64,000 nucleotides of DNA from a virus (lineage: Duplodnaviria > Caudoviricetes): positions 830-64,829 of IMG/VR virus record IMGVR_UViG_3300038318_000521; one strand, 5' to 3'. A model generated the notes under the pieces. That model made no database searches. It saw only the letters and a program-made list of their open reading frames with translations, and was not told where the DNA came from. Shown here piece by piece: positions 17,701 to 26,462 of the stretch (positions within the stretch are counted from its first letter, which is position 1; each line of letters starts with the position of its first letter). A program made the position numbers and the translations under genes.

Positions 17701-20151
17701 GAGTTCAAGCTCTGCTTCAAAGACTTGCATCCTGCTAGTTACGATGGTGTCGGGGTCAACCTCTTTCGTGGCATCCTCTACTTCGTCCGCCAACTTCTTC
17801 AGTTCATCACGCATCTTGCCAAGTTCAACGGCAATTAAGCCACCACGAAGTTCTTCGGACAAGATTTCGTCCACCACGTTCTGCTCTAAGAACTGGATAT
17901 AATCCTTGTGAATGGATTCTAAATCGCCATAAACAGCTTCGTATTCATCACCGACATGGCGTACTAGCTCTATCCTTGCACGATATAAGGCCATTTCTCC
18001 CCGGATCGCATCTTCGATTTCCTCGGCTGTTTTGATAACGACTTCTTTGACTGCTTCTTGTTCTTTAACAACCGGCAGTTCTTCCCTTGCCATTGTGGTT
18101 ATGCCCTTGGCCCTACGTTCAAGTTCATCACTTACCGCCGCAGCGTGTGTTTGGGTATCCAGAATTTCAGCTATTCTTTCATTGTCTTTTTCTGCTCTGT
18201 CCATTATCTTGGACACACTAGCAACAGCCTGATTTGCCGCAGCTCCAAGATAGGCCACCTTGTCTTCCCAAGTGCTGGCTGATATATCGTCCATAAACAT
18301 ATAACCGGGGTCCCACTCAAGGAAGATTTTTCTCATGGTATCTTCGGCAATTTGGGCTGCTTCGTCCGTGCCCCGCAAAAGGGCCTCCTCCCAACCCATG
18401 AAAGCCAATTGCATTTCATCTCTTAGGCGGATTATCCTGTTTGCTTCCTCCATTTGAGTGCCAACATCTAGTTGCCGCTTGTCTCGTGAAGCATACAAAC
18501 GATTCAATTCTTCTTCAAGTTGATTCCTGGTCCTCAAGTATTCTAAATTCGCCATTCGCAACTGTAGCTCACTCTGAGTCTCCAAGGTTTTTATATAGGT
18601 CTCCAGAGTACCAATGTTTGCCCGGATAGCCTCATCAATGGTATTATAACCTTTGGATAATTGCGGTTGCAGAGTGATGATTTCATTCATTACAGTCTCT
18701 AACCGCCTGTGTTCTTGTTCGGACTTGTCAGGCTTGCCTTCAAGCGTCTTGTATTCATCGACTAGCCTGCGGAGTGTATCGGCCTGGTCTTGTGTGGCCC
18801 TGGATGAATCGAGAGACTGTTGGTAAAAAGCCTTCATGTCTCTTGCGCTACCAGTCATGGCGAAGGCCAAAGCAGTCACCGCTGCCACGCCACCATAAAT
18901 AATACCCGTAGGGCCCATTAGTATGGGAAGTGCTTTCAGAAGCTGGTTAATAATTAGCATTGTAGGACCAGCTGCTACTGCAAATCCTGCTACTGTCACA
19001 ACAAGACGTTGAGTTTCTGGGTTGAGATCCCGAATCCAGCCAAAGAGTTCTGTAACCTGTTGAACAACGCCACGTAACGCTGGCTCGAAGTTTCCTGTCA
19101 TTTCCAACGCTAAGCTTTCATAGACCGATTGCATTATCTTCAGGTCACCAGATAAGGTGTCAAGCTGTATAGCCGCTTGTTCGGCGGCCTTATTGGTTCC
19201 TGTAATGCTTTCGTTGTATTGCCTGATGGCGTCCCCGCCTTGACCCAATAGTTGCATCATGCCAGGTCCAGCAATCTGCTGGAATAACCTAAGACTTTGC
19301 GTTGACGTAATTCCACGTTCGTTCAGGGTATCAAGAATATCAGCGATAGAGTTCATTTCCGGGTGAAGGTCATCAAGAGATAACTCCAGCTCCTTAATGA
19401 CATTAATTGCATCACCAGTAGGATTTGCCAGTTCTGCTAAGGCTCTTTTTAGTATATTACCGGCCTGTTCACCTTGGTAACCAGCGTTTAGAAGCCCCAT
19501 GAGGGCAGCCGTGGTTTCCTCGATTGAGTACCCGAATCCAGCGGCGACAGGGCCTGCGTTTTTCATTGCTCCAGCTAACTTATCCAGACTAGCCAGCGAT
19601 TCAGAGTTAGCTGCGGCGAATAGGTTTGCTACCCTACTGGCTTCTCCCGCCTCTAGACTGAACTGGCTTAGAGTAGCTGCCACCACCTCAGACGTGTAAG
19701 CAAGATCTGATTGCGACGCTACAGCTAAGGTTAGTACACCATCCAATGCGCTAATTGATTGGGCGGCGTCCATCCCAGACTGTGCTAAGTAATAAAGGGC
19801 ATCGGCGGCTTGACTAGCCTTAAAGACGGTTTCTTCACCTGCTTTTCGGGCGGCGGCAGTCAGTTGCTCTAATTCTTCGACCGTTGCACCAATAACCGAT
19901 TGCGTGTTGGCCATTGATTGTTGGAAATCGGCAAACGTATTAACCCATTGGCGGGCCATTAACAGAAGTGGAGCTGTTACAGCTACCGACATGCGCTTAC
20001 CCATGCGATCGAAGTGATCGCCCATGCGATTCATCGCTTTTTGGGTTTCAGTATCGATCCACTGATTTTGTCGGGCTATATGTTCAATACCTTGATCATA
20101 CTTAGCGTAGTTAAGACCCACCTCAGCCCATATGCTTCCTAAATTCTCCAT
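14737..20151 (-). CDS. Tape measure protein (TP901-type core), 1804 aa
   Basis: FQQSMANTQSVIGAT...ASQAADALYYLAQSG core; long helical/coiled-coil body; hydrophobic segments. Confidence 0.93.
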   Translation of the reverse strand: MENLGSIWAEVGLNYAKYDQGIEHIARQNQWIDTETQKAMNRMGDHFDRMGKRMSVAVTAPLLLMARQWVNTFADFQQSMANTQSVIGATVEELEQLTAAARKAGEETVFKASQAADALYYLAQSGMDAAQSISALDGVLTLAVASQSDLAYTSEVVAATLSQFSLEAGEASRVANLFAAANSESLASLDKLAGAMKNAGPVAAGFGYSIEETTAALMGLLNAGYQGEQAGNILKRALAELANPTGDAINVIKELELSLDDLHPEMNSIADILDTLNERGITSTQSLRLFQQIAGPGMMQLLGQGGDAIRQYNESITGTNKAAEQAAIQLDTLSGDLKIMQSVYESLALEMTGNFEPALRGVVQQVTELFGWIRDLNPETQRLVVTVAGFAVAAGPTMLIINQLLKALPILMGPTGIIYGGVAAVTALAFAMTGSARDMKAFYQQSLDSSRATQDQADTLRRLVDEYKTLEGKPDKSEQEHRRLETVMNEIITLQPQLSKGYNTIDEAIRANIGTLETYIKTLETQSELQLRMANLEYLRTRNQLEEELNRLYASRDKRQLDVGTQMEEANRIIRLRDEMQLAFMGWEEALLRGTDEAAQIAEDTMRKIFLEWDPGYMFMDDISASTWEDKVAYLGAAANQAVASVSKIMDRAEKDNERIAEILDTQTHAAAVSDELERRAKGITTMAREELPVVKEQEAVKEVVIKTAEEIEDAIRGEMALYRARIELVRHVGDEYEAVYGDLESIHKDYIQFLEQNVVDEILSEELRGGLIAVELGKMRDELKKLADEVEDATKEVDPDTIVTSRMQVFEAELELLRMGIGAYVDELGGLETHLSEYFDYLQSQTVDGSLAAMTQVRVQETLSVVKKELDSFALTTADRWNQILEMVSHYGPQEGMLRRALEGGEIHVDLQDLEAMEKHIENYYSYLVEAEKISLGDHLKVLNHQLERVTVGTDEWLRLWREVARVQEQLDPAEAPASGNEPLREQLQLFEELKHQNDEVVSSYEQQIKWLQENVLEVEGLVQTTEELMSIENEIFALRMTNYRALAEVEGWTLEQQLENLDRYTGAYAQSFDQIQAIAQLRRQLTEQMDADAIRAAQEISYRTQEVEIQRLRNKGELEEAEIAESLLRLNRELDQYKGSQEMIELAYQAHHERLQAISKNYAEIEARHLADRVADEIKSLGDLREADLVETQAWIAERMNLYASMDSGRYAMAELDSFQLRLEKEEERRLEDAQRREEQWQSFLIQSRQVSAQAVLEEQIAGIESELELTAAGNERKIELERGLQRAKHNLAKQTLEDQRSLLNAMTIEEEISLEDRLDILRRMREGYEQLYGELYMLSSEWQEVRKQEIELEKEQAQQNAVARIKAIEYNKSDLASLRDKYGQLLKLIDATDDHIKQQEYLNDLLKTGEEIRDAEESTAQFFGQMAPKFSEAVNQTEEFFRLIREAPQAFDNMRNSMGEMFGDYGDGIATMYGAMAGYTGGGGGFTGAIAGISGAIAGLTGNPVFAGISAGISLINQLFDPGPVPQDLQSLKQGIEGLNEALDEFGVSYQATEANIKKERFLGILWQTGWKISNEEAARAGFETGKVMIDSMNQSLNSLGSAMAASIAGEATWQDFEQVLGQQLKRILIEQVLLATEFEAQAKLIAGMMQEFAEDGYSEDEVEKIRRAIRKLVEEGEKAFEEFGGDMLDEWFPTDDTLIQHEIRGVQITRLSGQDRDLFLESLRPLSNLDRLPGLMSEQMFEVFQTFQMAEIGTIHAQELLIQQVLIQQVNVNLNGVTDVRGFVTELVREALSTADGSGF

Positions 20152-20237
20152 TTGCCCACCTCCCCCTTAAAAGAAAATGGTTGAGCCTTGGGGGTAGCGA
20201 GAGGGTACTACCTTTTAACCCATGGCCCAACCAAACT

Positions 20238-20520
20238 TTATTTTTTGCGAAATGCTTCGTGATTTAGAACTGATAGCGCGTTATCCTTTGGATTCGGACG
20301 TGTTGATTCGGCATCAGATGCGGGCTTTTCATCGCCCTTCCCTCCCTTGGCCTCGTCAAATTGTCTTTTTTCCTCAATTGCCATCTGAAACGCCACCAAC
20401 TCATCGAAGCAGTATCGCTCCCATGTCCCTAATTCTGGTAGATAATCACTCGGTCTCACTCCGAACGTTTTTGCCGTCATTCCCATCCGCAAGAGTAAAT
20501 CCGGTTGCTTTGCGAAAGGA
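20238..20520 (-). CDS. Tail assembly chaperone C-terminal (T) part, probably made by a +1 frameshift
   Basis: Overlaps the G gene in the +1 frame; open only from a TGA just upstream of TCC TTT CGC; lies directly before TMP. Confidence 0.6.
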
Positions 20521-20952
20521 GTGGAGGGTTCTCATTCCCCCTAGGCAGTAAAAGTGGATAGCCATTAATTGTTGATCCGTGAGCCATCCCACTTCGTTTA
20601 GAATTTGATCGTAAGTTGGCTCCACGAGTGCCGCTTTAGCCATAGCGTGCATAAGCTCCGTGTACTTCGTATACGATTCGGGTTCTAACTTGGATAAAGC
20701 TATGCTTTCGCCCTCTTGACCCTTCTGCGTCATGTCTTGAGCGAAGGCAAGCAGTTCATTAGGCAACTGCCCTGACTGGATTAAAGCCGTCAACGTCACC
20801 CTGCGTAACCTAACATGGATTTCTGAATCTCCATCCCACGAAGGAATTGGAACTACCGGAGTAGCGCTTTGGGCCATCGCCGTCAATGGCGTCACTTGCG
20901 AATTGGATTTTCGGCGTATTCTACTCCATAATCTTGATAACCATTTGAACAT
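20446..20952 (-). CDS. Tail assembly chaperone (G)
   Basis: Position before TMP; RBS GAGAGGGG; ends ..HSFRKATG.. Confidence 0.7.
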   Translation of the reverse strand: MFKWLSRLWSRIRRKSNSQVTPLTAMAQSATPVVPIPSWDGDSEIHVRLRRVTLTALIQSGQLPNELLAFAQDMTQKGQEGESIALSKLEPESYTKYTELMHAMAKAALVEPTYDQILNEVGWLTDQQLMAIHFYCLGGMRTLHSFRKATGFTLADGNDGKNVRSETE

Positions 20953-20981
20953 ATTTTCTTACCCCTCTCAATTTTGGATAT

Positions 20982-21013
20982 AAAAAAGAGCCCCTAGATA
21001 ACTAGAAGCTCTT
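20982..21013 (-). terminator. Intrinsic terminator after the CE4-domain gene, inside the tail operon
   Basis: AAGAGCTTCTAG-TTAT-CTAGGGGCTCTT followed by TTTT. Confidence 0.7.
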
Positions 21014-21095
21014 AGATATTCAGTTTTACTTACGGGAATACTCTGCCGTAAAATAGCTCTATTGCTATTGCTTCTTTAATAGCCTGAAGAACTGT

Positions 21096-22352
21096 TCAAT
21101 ACGTTACTTTCGGTAAAACCATGTCGTCAAGTACATCGGAAAATGTTACAACTTTGAGACCCAAAGTCTTTATGTCTGCACACAGGCGTTCTTGTTCTAT
21201 TGACGTAAGTTCACTATCCTTACCCGGGTGCCAGATGAGAATAGCCCATTGCCTATGCGTAGCTGCCATTTGTATGGCTTTTAGGTTATTATCGTAGTTG
21301 ATATAATTTGCGCTATTAATAGCATAAGGGTTAAATACAGGGAAGGAGTTATTACGCCAGTTGCCACTGCCACCGCCTGCACTTCTGATGAAATAGTAGT
21401 ATTTTGAAAACTCACTTATTGCTTCCGCCAAAGGCATGGTGTTAAACTTAAGAATAAACCTCCCCCCTTTATCATAAAAGCCATTTTCAACAAGCCACTT
21501 TTGTCTGTCTAGCGCAAGCGTATTCAGTTGTTCCGGAGTCATTGTTGCGGGGTTCCCCACAAGGTTGTCATTATCAGCCCCTGGGTGCGTCGAAATATCC
21601 CACCCCAACTTCTCTAAAGCCCTAACATCATTCATTGTCATTTTGCCAGGGGTTCCTAAATGGTCTTTTATCACCATTGCGTTTGCTCTGTAACCATATT
21701 TGGATAAAATAGGGCGAGTCTGTGTGTATGCTGCTTTGTAACTACCATCTAAAGTGATTGTTACCAAACCCTGTGTAAGTGGGTTGGCAATCTGGAAAAT
21801 ACTATCAATAAAAAGTGTCCGTTCATCCGCGTTTCCACCCGCCTTAAACGTGAAGGTTATTTCGATCCGGTCGACCACAGTCATGGGTGTATCGCCTGTC
21901 GCGATAGGGAACTCAACCAGTTCCCAACTGTTCGATATTCCAGATATGGCTCCTCCTACTGGGCGGGTTGCCTTACCAACTACGACGTAGGACGAAATAA
22001 ACACCGCCTCAATGTATCCATCTGTTTTAGGTAACCCGGGCTGGTATACCATCATCCCCAAAAAATCATAGTTAAACGTTCGTGGTGTTGGGAAAGTTAT
22101 TGCTATCCTTGCAATATCAGAAGAGGTAGGTGTCACCTTGAGTGAGTTAATCCCTGTGTACACGGGGTTACCAGGTTCCTGTACCAATATAGCCGACCCT
22201 GCGCTAACAGTCACATTGCTCAAGTCGGTAAAGTTCGTAATTATGTCTACTGTATTCTTTGCCATCATCTGCGCCACCAGATTGCGAGGGGCGTGTCTTA
22301 CGTGGTATCCGTTGTAAGCTCTGTTTGCTCTTGCGAAAGTCAACAAATCCAC
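21096..22352 (-). CDS. Beta-sandwich plus NodB/CE4 polysaccharide-deacetylase-like protein (degenerate active site)
   Basis: Start GTG (MDLLTFARA) coupled to the upstream stop; VTITLDGS, WDISTH and LIWH correspond to CE4 motifs 1, 2 and 5. Confidence 0.7.
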   Translation of the reverse strand: MDLLTFARANRAYNGYHVRHAPRNLVAQMMAKNTVDIITNFTDLSNVTVSAGSAILVQEPGNPVYTGINSLKVTPTSSDIARIAITFPTPRTFNYDFLGMMVYQPGLPKTDGYIEAVFISSYVVVGKATRPVGGAISGISNSWELVEFPIATGDTPMTVVDRIEITFTFKAGGNADERTLFIDSIFQIANPLTQGLVTITLDGSYKAAYTQTRPILSKYGYRANAMVIKDHLGTPGKMTMNDVRALEKLGWDISTHPGADNDNLVGNPATMTPEQLNTLALDRQKWLVENGFYDKGGRFILKFNTMPLAEAISEFSKYYYFIRSAGGGSGNWRNNSFPVFNPYAINSANYINYDNNLKAIQMAATHRQWAILIWHPGKDSELTSIEQERLCADIKTLGLKVVTFSDVLDDMVLPKVTY

Positions 22353-22588
22353 TATATCACCACCCAATCCACAGTTCCGTCCGTATACCACATATTCAAT
22401 TGAGGCATTAACACAAAAATAGTTGGCTCGCTAATCATTGTATAATCAGGGCGTTCGCCAAGGGTGCTCCCATAGACTTCAACAATATTACCAGATTGTG
22501 CAACTTTTAGATTTCCATGTTCGTCAACATTAACTATTTTTGCTTTGCCATTTGGGTCTCTCCCTATGACGGGAATTCCTTTTGACAT
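22352..22588 (-). CDS. Small hypothetical tail-associated protein
   Basis: RBS AAAGGAG; IPVIGRDPNG motif. Confidence 0.6.
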   Translation of the reverse strand: MSKGIPVIGRDPNGKAKIVNVDEHGNLKVAQSGNIVEVYGSTLGERPDYTMISEPTIFVLMPQLNMWYTDGTVDWVVI

Positions 22589-22606
22589 ATTAAATCACTC
22601 CTTTGA

Positions 22607-22780
22607 TTAAAGTTGTGTGCCCTCCTCAATCCCAACCCAAACATCACCCACGGGAATCGAGGTGATCTCTGTTTCCAACGTCACGGGCAGGCGGTTTTCT
22701 GTGCTTATCTCCGAACCGTCCGCCATGATTAGCCTTACTTCTCGAACCGCTCCCAGAACGGGTTTTTCTTTATCAGCCAA
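22607..22780 (-). CDS. Small hypothetical protein, 57 aa (TTG start, not in the ORF track)
   Basis: MADKEKPVLGAVREVRLIMADGSEISTENRLPV...; RBS AAGGAGG. Confidence 0.6.
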   Translation of the reverse strand: MADKEKPVLGAVREVRLIMADGSEISTENRLPVTLETEITSIPVGDVWVGIEEGTQL

Positions 22781-22793
22781 TTGGACTACCTCC

Positions 22794-22931
22794 TTATAGG
22801 TCTTCTCCTTCTTCGACCACTCCGATGAGTTTTAAAACTCCGGTATATACCTTCCAGTTTTGTGTTTCGTCATCCCAGACAACAGGTAATGGGACACCGC
22901 CGGGGTCTCTAGGAATGGGTGGATGAGCCAT
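22794..22931 (-). CDS. Small hypothetical protein, 45 aa (not in the ORF track)
   Basis: MAHPPIPRDPGGVPLPVVWDDETQNWKV...; TAATG coupling with the Dit stop. Confidence 0.55.
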   Translation of the reverse strand: MAHPPIPRDPGGVPLPVVWDDETQNWKVYTGVLKLIGVVEEGEDL

Positions 22932-24025
22932 TATGACCACCTCTCTTTGAATAGAATTTCAATGTTTAGCAAGTTGTTGTCATCTTCAAGCTCTATACGA
23001 TTAACGCCAGGCGCAAGATGGAATCCATCCACCAGATACCCGGCGTTAACATTGTCTATCACGCTCACACCGCTTGTCCCGCCATACGACTGGGCCTCGT
23101 AAAGGTAGTAACCCTCTGCCCACGAAAAGTGGTAGATCTCATAGACTGAGGTTGCATTGGGGATAACGTCCCATGGAGTATCTACAATTGCCACACGAGT
23201 AGCACCGTTGTACCCGATGATCTTTCGGTATTGTCCAGCACCTGCGCCACTAACAACCTTCACAATTTGGTCTTTGTAATAATCATCCACAGCCGATGCA
23301 GAGGTAGCCAATTGGATACCACCCGAAGTCCCAGAGCGCGCTGTGCCTGATTGCAAAACGTTATTGCCTACAAATAATGCATTGCGCTTTTGAGTGTCAA
23401 GGAGCAATAATTCACCTTGTTTTATCTCGCCAGCGTATTGTAATGTCAATCCTGTAGTGTAGTTAGTGAGTTTGGGGTTTTTCGTGTGAAGGCCCCCTAT
23501 GGTCTTGCCGTATAACCAGATCATGGGATCTGCATTCACGCTACCCTCATTGTTAACGTCTAGCATCGTAACTGGCGGAGTGAACACCACGTCTCGTTTT
23601 ACTTGATGGTAGTCCATGGAATACCAATAAGGATCGTCAGCTTGGAAGGTTATGTCCATGGTAAAGGCTCTTGCTCCAAAATGTCCCCGAATGTAGTCAT
23701 GGTCAATGTCTGTACACTGTACCTGAATGAATTTATTTGCTCCTTCGAATCGTTTAAGCCACATAACATCATCGTTAATCAACTTACCTCTAAGAAGTGC
23801 CGCAAAGTCGTCTGCTTCCTCCTTGCTGTAGCACTCAATGGTCCCTGAAGCCCTCAAAACGCCAGGTTCTAGCCTTTGCAAGCGGCGAAAGGTACGCCTG
23901 CCCGCTCTGCCGGGTATGACAGTGCCTGGAATCTCTTTTTTTACTGCATAGCCATCTAAAGCAAGCTCAGGCGGAAGTAAGATTGATTCTCCTAAGCCAT
24001 TATTTAAGATGAGTTCAATTTGCAC
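22931..24025 (-). CDS. Distal tail (Dit)-like protein with an inserted domain
   Basis: ITFQADDPYWY and NNEGSVNADPMIW...GEIKQGELLLLDT...FHLAPGVNRIEL Dit signatures; insert SGTARSG...GAGQYRKI...PNATSVYEI. Confidence 0.75.
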   Translation of the reverse strand: MQIELILNNGLGESILLPPELALDGYAVKKEIPGTVIPGRAGRRTFRRLQRLEPGVLRASGTIECYSKEEADDFAALLRGKLINDDVMWLKRFEGANKFIQVQCTDIDHDYIRGHFGARAFTMDITFQADDPYWYSMDYHQVKRDVVFTPPVTMLDVNNEGSVNADPMIWLYGKTIGGLHTKNPKLTNYTTGLTLQYAGEIKQGELLLLDTQKRNALFVGNNVLQSGTARSGTSGGIQLATSASAVDDYYKDQIVKVVSGAGAGQYRKIIGYNGATRVAIVDTPWDVIPNATSVYEIYHFSWAEGYYLYEAQSYGGTSGVSVIDNVNAGYLVDGFHLAPGVNRIELEDDNNLLNIEILFKERWS

Positions 24026-24051
24026 ACTTTCACCTCTTTCTTTTGAGGGAT

Positions 24052-24078
24052 GGGGCTACCCCAATTTAGAGTAGCCCC
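24052..24078. other. GC-rich hairpin after the major tail gene (no U-tract)
   Basis: ggggctac / gtagcccc inverted repeat. Confidence 0.6.
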
Positions 24079-24085
24079 GGGGAAT

Positions 24086-24646
24086 TTAAGCAGCTGGCGG
24101 TAAGGTTTCAACGTCTTCCCACTCGTAGATGGGCTTGTCCACTTTGGCATTTTCCTTACCACGAATAGCAAACTGCGGGGTTAGGAAGTTACGGTCTTGC
24201 GGGGTGTAGTTAGGCACACGTCCGGTCACGCTCCAAAACGTCCACTTGCGATAACCAACAATCGCAGAGGCATCGTTATTACCTTCAGCATATCTGGCTA
24301 CATAAAGCTCTGCAATTACCGGTTTGGGTTGTTCGCCAATTCTTGGTGCACTATAGGTGCCTGTCGCATAGGTTCCGCCAGCGAGTAACGCTAGTGCTTC
24401 GCCAGGTAGTTCGGCGTTAGTGAAACTTAATTCAACCCCGGATAGCTCAGCTTGTTCTTCGACAGTGGCAATTAAACGGTCCCCACCTCGAAGCTCTGCC
24501 CTCTGTCCCTCGATCCACTGGTGAGTAATGCCAGCTTGTTGCGGTGTTTCAAAGCGGGCCGTCTTGCCTGCAGCCTTTTCCAAACCGGTTTCTGGATCGA
24601 TTTCTTTAATAATCATCAACCTGCAACCATACAAAATGTCGCTCAT
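24086..24646 (-). CDS. Major tail tube protein
   Basis: Position after the neck genes; beta-rich acidic 186 aa. Confidence 0.7.
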   Translation of the reverse strand: MSDILYGCRLMIIKEIDPETGLEKAAGKTARFETPQQAGITHQWIEGQRAELRGGDRLIATVEEQAELSGVELSFTNAELPGEALALLAGGTYATGTYSAPRIGEQPKPVIAELYVARYAEGNNDASAIVGYRKWTFWSVTGRVPNYTPQDRNFLTPQFAIRGKENAKVDKPIYEWEDVETLPPAA

Positions 24647-24664
24647 GCTTTCATCTCCTTTTCT

Positions 24665-25042
24665 TTATCTCCCAACACGTGGGATTCGAAATTCTATCCT
24701 TCGAGTGATTGCATTAAGATCGGGGTCTTGAAAATCACCTCCCGTGTGCACCCACTCGATTTCAAATTTGTGTCCTTCGCTTGTCGTTAAGATCGTGCCG
24801 GCCAACAATGTTTTCAGTTCCGCAACAGCTTGATCCACGGGTACGAAACTCCCAACTTTAAAATATGGCCATATTGTCAACTCACGAAAAAAGCCCCTGT
24901 TGTTAAAGGGGGCTCTCATTTCCTCGCCTAACTTAATCACGCCGTAGGGCTTTGGGGTTTTTGCATTTGGGCCACCAGGCTGATGCCATGACTTGATAGA
25001 TGGACAGTTTGCCGTTAGATGTTGATAAAGCGCGGTTCTCAT
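24665..25042 (-). CDS. Tail terminator-like protein
   Basis: Synteny; P..PYGVI motif. Confidence 0.55.
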   Translation of the reverse strand: MRTALYQHLTANCPSIKSWHQPGGPNAKTPKPYGVIKLGEEMRAPFNNRGFFRELTIWPYFKVGSFVPVDQAVAELKTLLAGTILTTSEGHKFEIEWVHTGGDFQDPDLNAITRRIEFRIPRVGR

Positions 25043-25377
25043 CTACCCACCACCTTTTGCGCATCCTCAATGAAATCTGCCACAAATCGCTTGACGGTAG
25101 GCAAAAGGATGGCGTATTTTCCCTGATTAGAAAGCTCCAAATATACCCCGTAGTCCATAGTGTGAGCGATGCGAGTTATCAAAGATTGGTCTCTTGACAT
25201 GGAGTAGCCAAATAGTCCTTTGCGAGCCAGGCTAGTTCGGTCTTGCCACCTAGCGTTGACTTTGGCATAAGCCTCCATCTGCGCAGCATATCGTTGGCTA
25301 AGTGCATAGAGGGCAGCTTTCTGGCGGTCAGCCATCGCCCGTAAGTTGCGATTAACCTCATCGGATCCCGCCATCAA
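25039..25377 (-). CDS. HK97 gp10-like tail completion protein
   Basis: NARWQDRT..AR.GL and YGVYLEL...GKYAIL.P pattern. Confidence 0.7.
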   Translation of the reverse strand: MMAGSDEVNRNLRAMADRQKAALYALSQRYAAQMEAYAKVNARWQDRTSLARKGLFGYSMSRDQSLITRIAHTMDYGVYLELSNQGKYAILLPTVKRFVADFIEDAQKVVGR

Positions 25378-25739
25378 ACCACCTCCTCAATAACGCATTG
25401 TAACGAAACAATCTCGCCTAAATAGCGAACGGGATTAACCACTGCAACTCGGTGATTAACCCCGTCTAACTTAAATGTGTCCTTGATTTCAACATCGGCA
25501 TCCCACGGACAAAGCATTTCTCGATTGTTGATCTGTAGTGTCCCGCCTTCTTTTACAATATCCTTGGAAGAATTACCCGAAAGATAGATTCTGAAGGTCT
25601 GGGCAGGAAGATCAATCTCTTGTTCATCCAACCATCCACCAGCACCATCTGGTACACGCATCCAACGTTTTAATACTATCTCAGAGGGACTAAGTTCAAT
25701 CGCCTTGGCAGACAAATCTCTACGCCGAATAAGGTCCAT
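25374..25739 (-). CDS. Head closure protein
   Basis: Synteny; DVEIKDTFKLDG..HRV pattern. Confidence 0.55.
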   Translation of the reverse strand: MDLIRRRDLSAKAIELSPSEIVLKRWMRVPDGAGGWLDEQEIDLPAQTFRIYLSGNSSKDIVKEGGTLQINNREMLCPWDADVEIKDTFKLDGVNHRVAVVNPVRYLGEIVSLQCVIEEVV

Positions 25740-26108
25740 CTAAAGCACCTCTGGGCGGGCTATACTTAGGATATAACCACCTTTGCTCTGGCCATCCAGT
25801 TCTTCTAATTCCCGCCGGCGATAGTCCTGTGCCATTGTTTGGGCATAGGCTAGCCTGTCTTTAAGCTGTATAAAACGGTATCGCTCTGATCCCGTGCTGG
25901 TTTCCTCAACACTTCCCATTTCCTCTTGGAACATTCCGGCCTTTTCGGTCCATCCAAGGGACGCTGCTCCATAAATAGTTTGGGATTCTTCCAGTAGATC
26001 CTCAAGTTCGTTATCCTCGAACCGTGTATCAGCTTCCGTTCCGCCTGGGGGAATTTTCTCCCCCAGAAACCTTCTTAACCTTGCCACTAATTCAGGTGTG
26101 GGGGTCAT
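25740..26108 (-). CDS. Head-tail adaptor protein
   Basis: LR..LGE....FEDNELEDLL pattern; synteny. Confidence 0.6.
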   Translation of the reverse strand: MTPTPELVARLRRFLGEKIPPGGTEADTRFEDNELEDLLEESQTIYGAASLGWTEKAGMFQEEMGSVEETSTGSERYRFIQLKDRLAYAQTMAQDYRRRELEELDGQSKGGYILSIARPEVL

Positions 26109-26112
26109 TGTA

Positions 26113-26451
26113 TCACCCCTTCAAATAGTCGTTAATGAGCTTCACTAGGTGCTTTTTAGTAGCACCGTTCTTGTACTCAATGCCCAGTTCATCGGCCCTT
26201 GCCCTAAGTTCTTTGGCGGAGAAATTCTCCTCGTTGACAAATCCGCTTCCGCCAGCGTTATCGCCCGAAGGTTTTTCAGCAACAAAAGGTTCACCTTGGG
26301 CATCATTGAAATAAGGACAATGCCTTTCGGATTCCTTGGTTTGATTAGTCCACCGTCTGGCTTCCAAATCGGGATGGCACTTCATGGGGAACATCATCCC
26401 TGGATCACTTGTTAGCACCCAGGGATAATGCGTACAATCAACGCATCTCAT
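26113..26451 (-). CDS. CxxC plus HeH/Rho-N-like small protein
   Basis: N-terminal CVDC; C-terminal SAKELRARADELGIEYKNGATKKHLV. Confidence 0.55.
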   Translation of the reverse strand: MRCVDCTHYPWVLTSDPGMMFPMKCHPDLEARRWTNQTKESERHCPYFNDAQGEPFVAEKPSGDNAGGSGFVNEENFSAKELRARADELGIEYKNGATKKHLVKLINDYLKG

Positions 26452-26462
26452 TTAATCACCGC

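Noticed and set aside
14737-20151. Plus-strand ORFs inside TMP and other long genes (e.g. 15080-15493, 33988-34740, 58877-59482)
   Set aside because: Ser/Leu/Phe-rich antisense shadows of charged coiled-coil genes.
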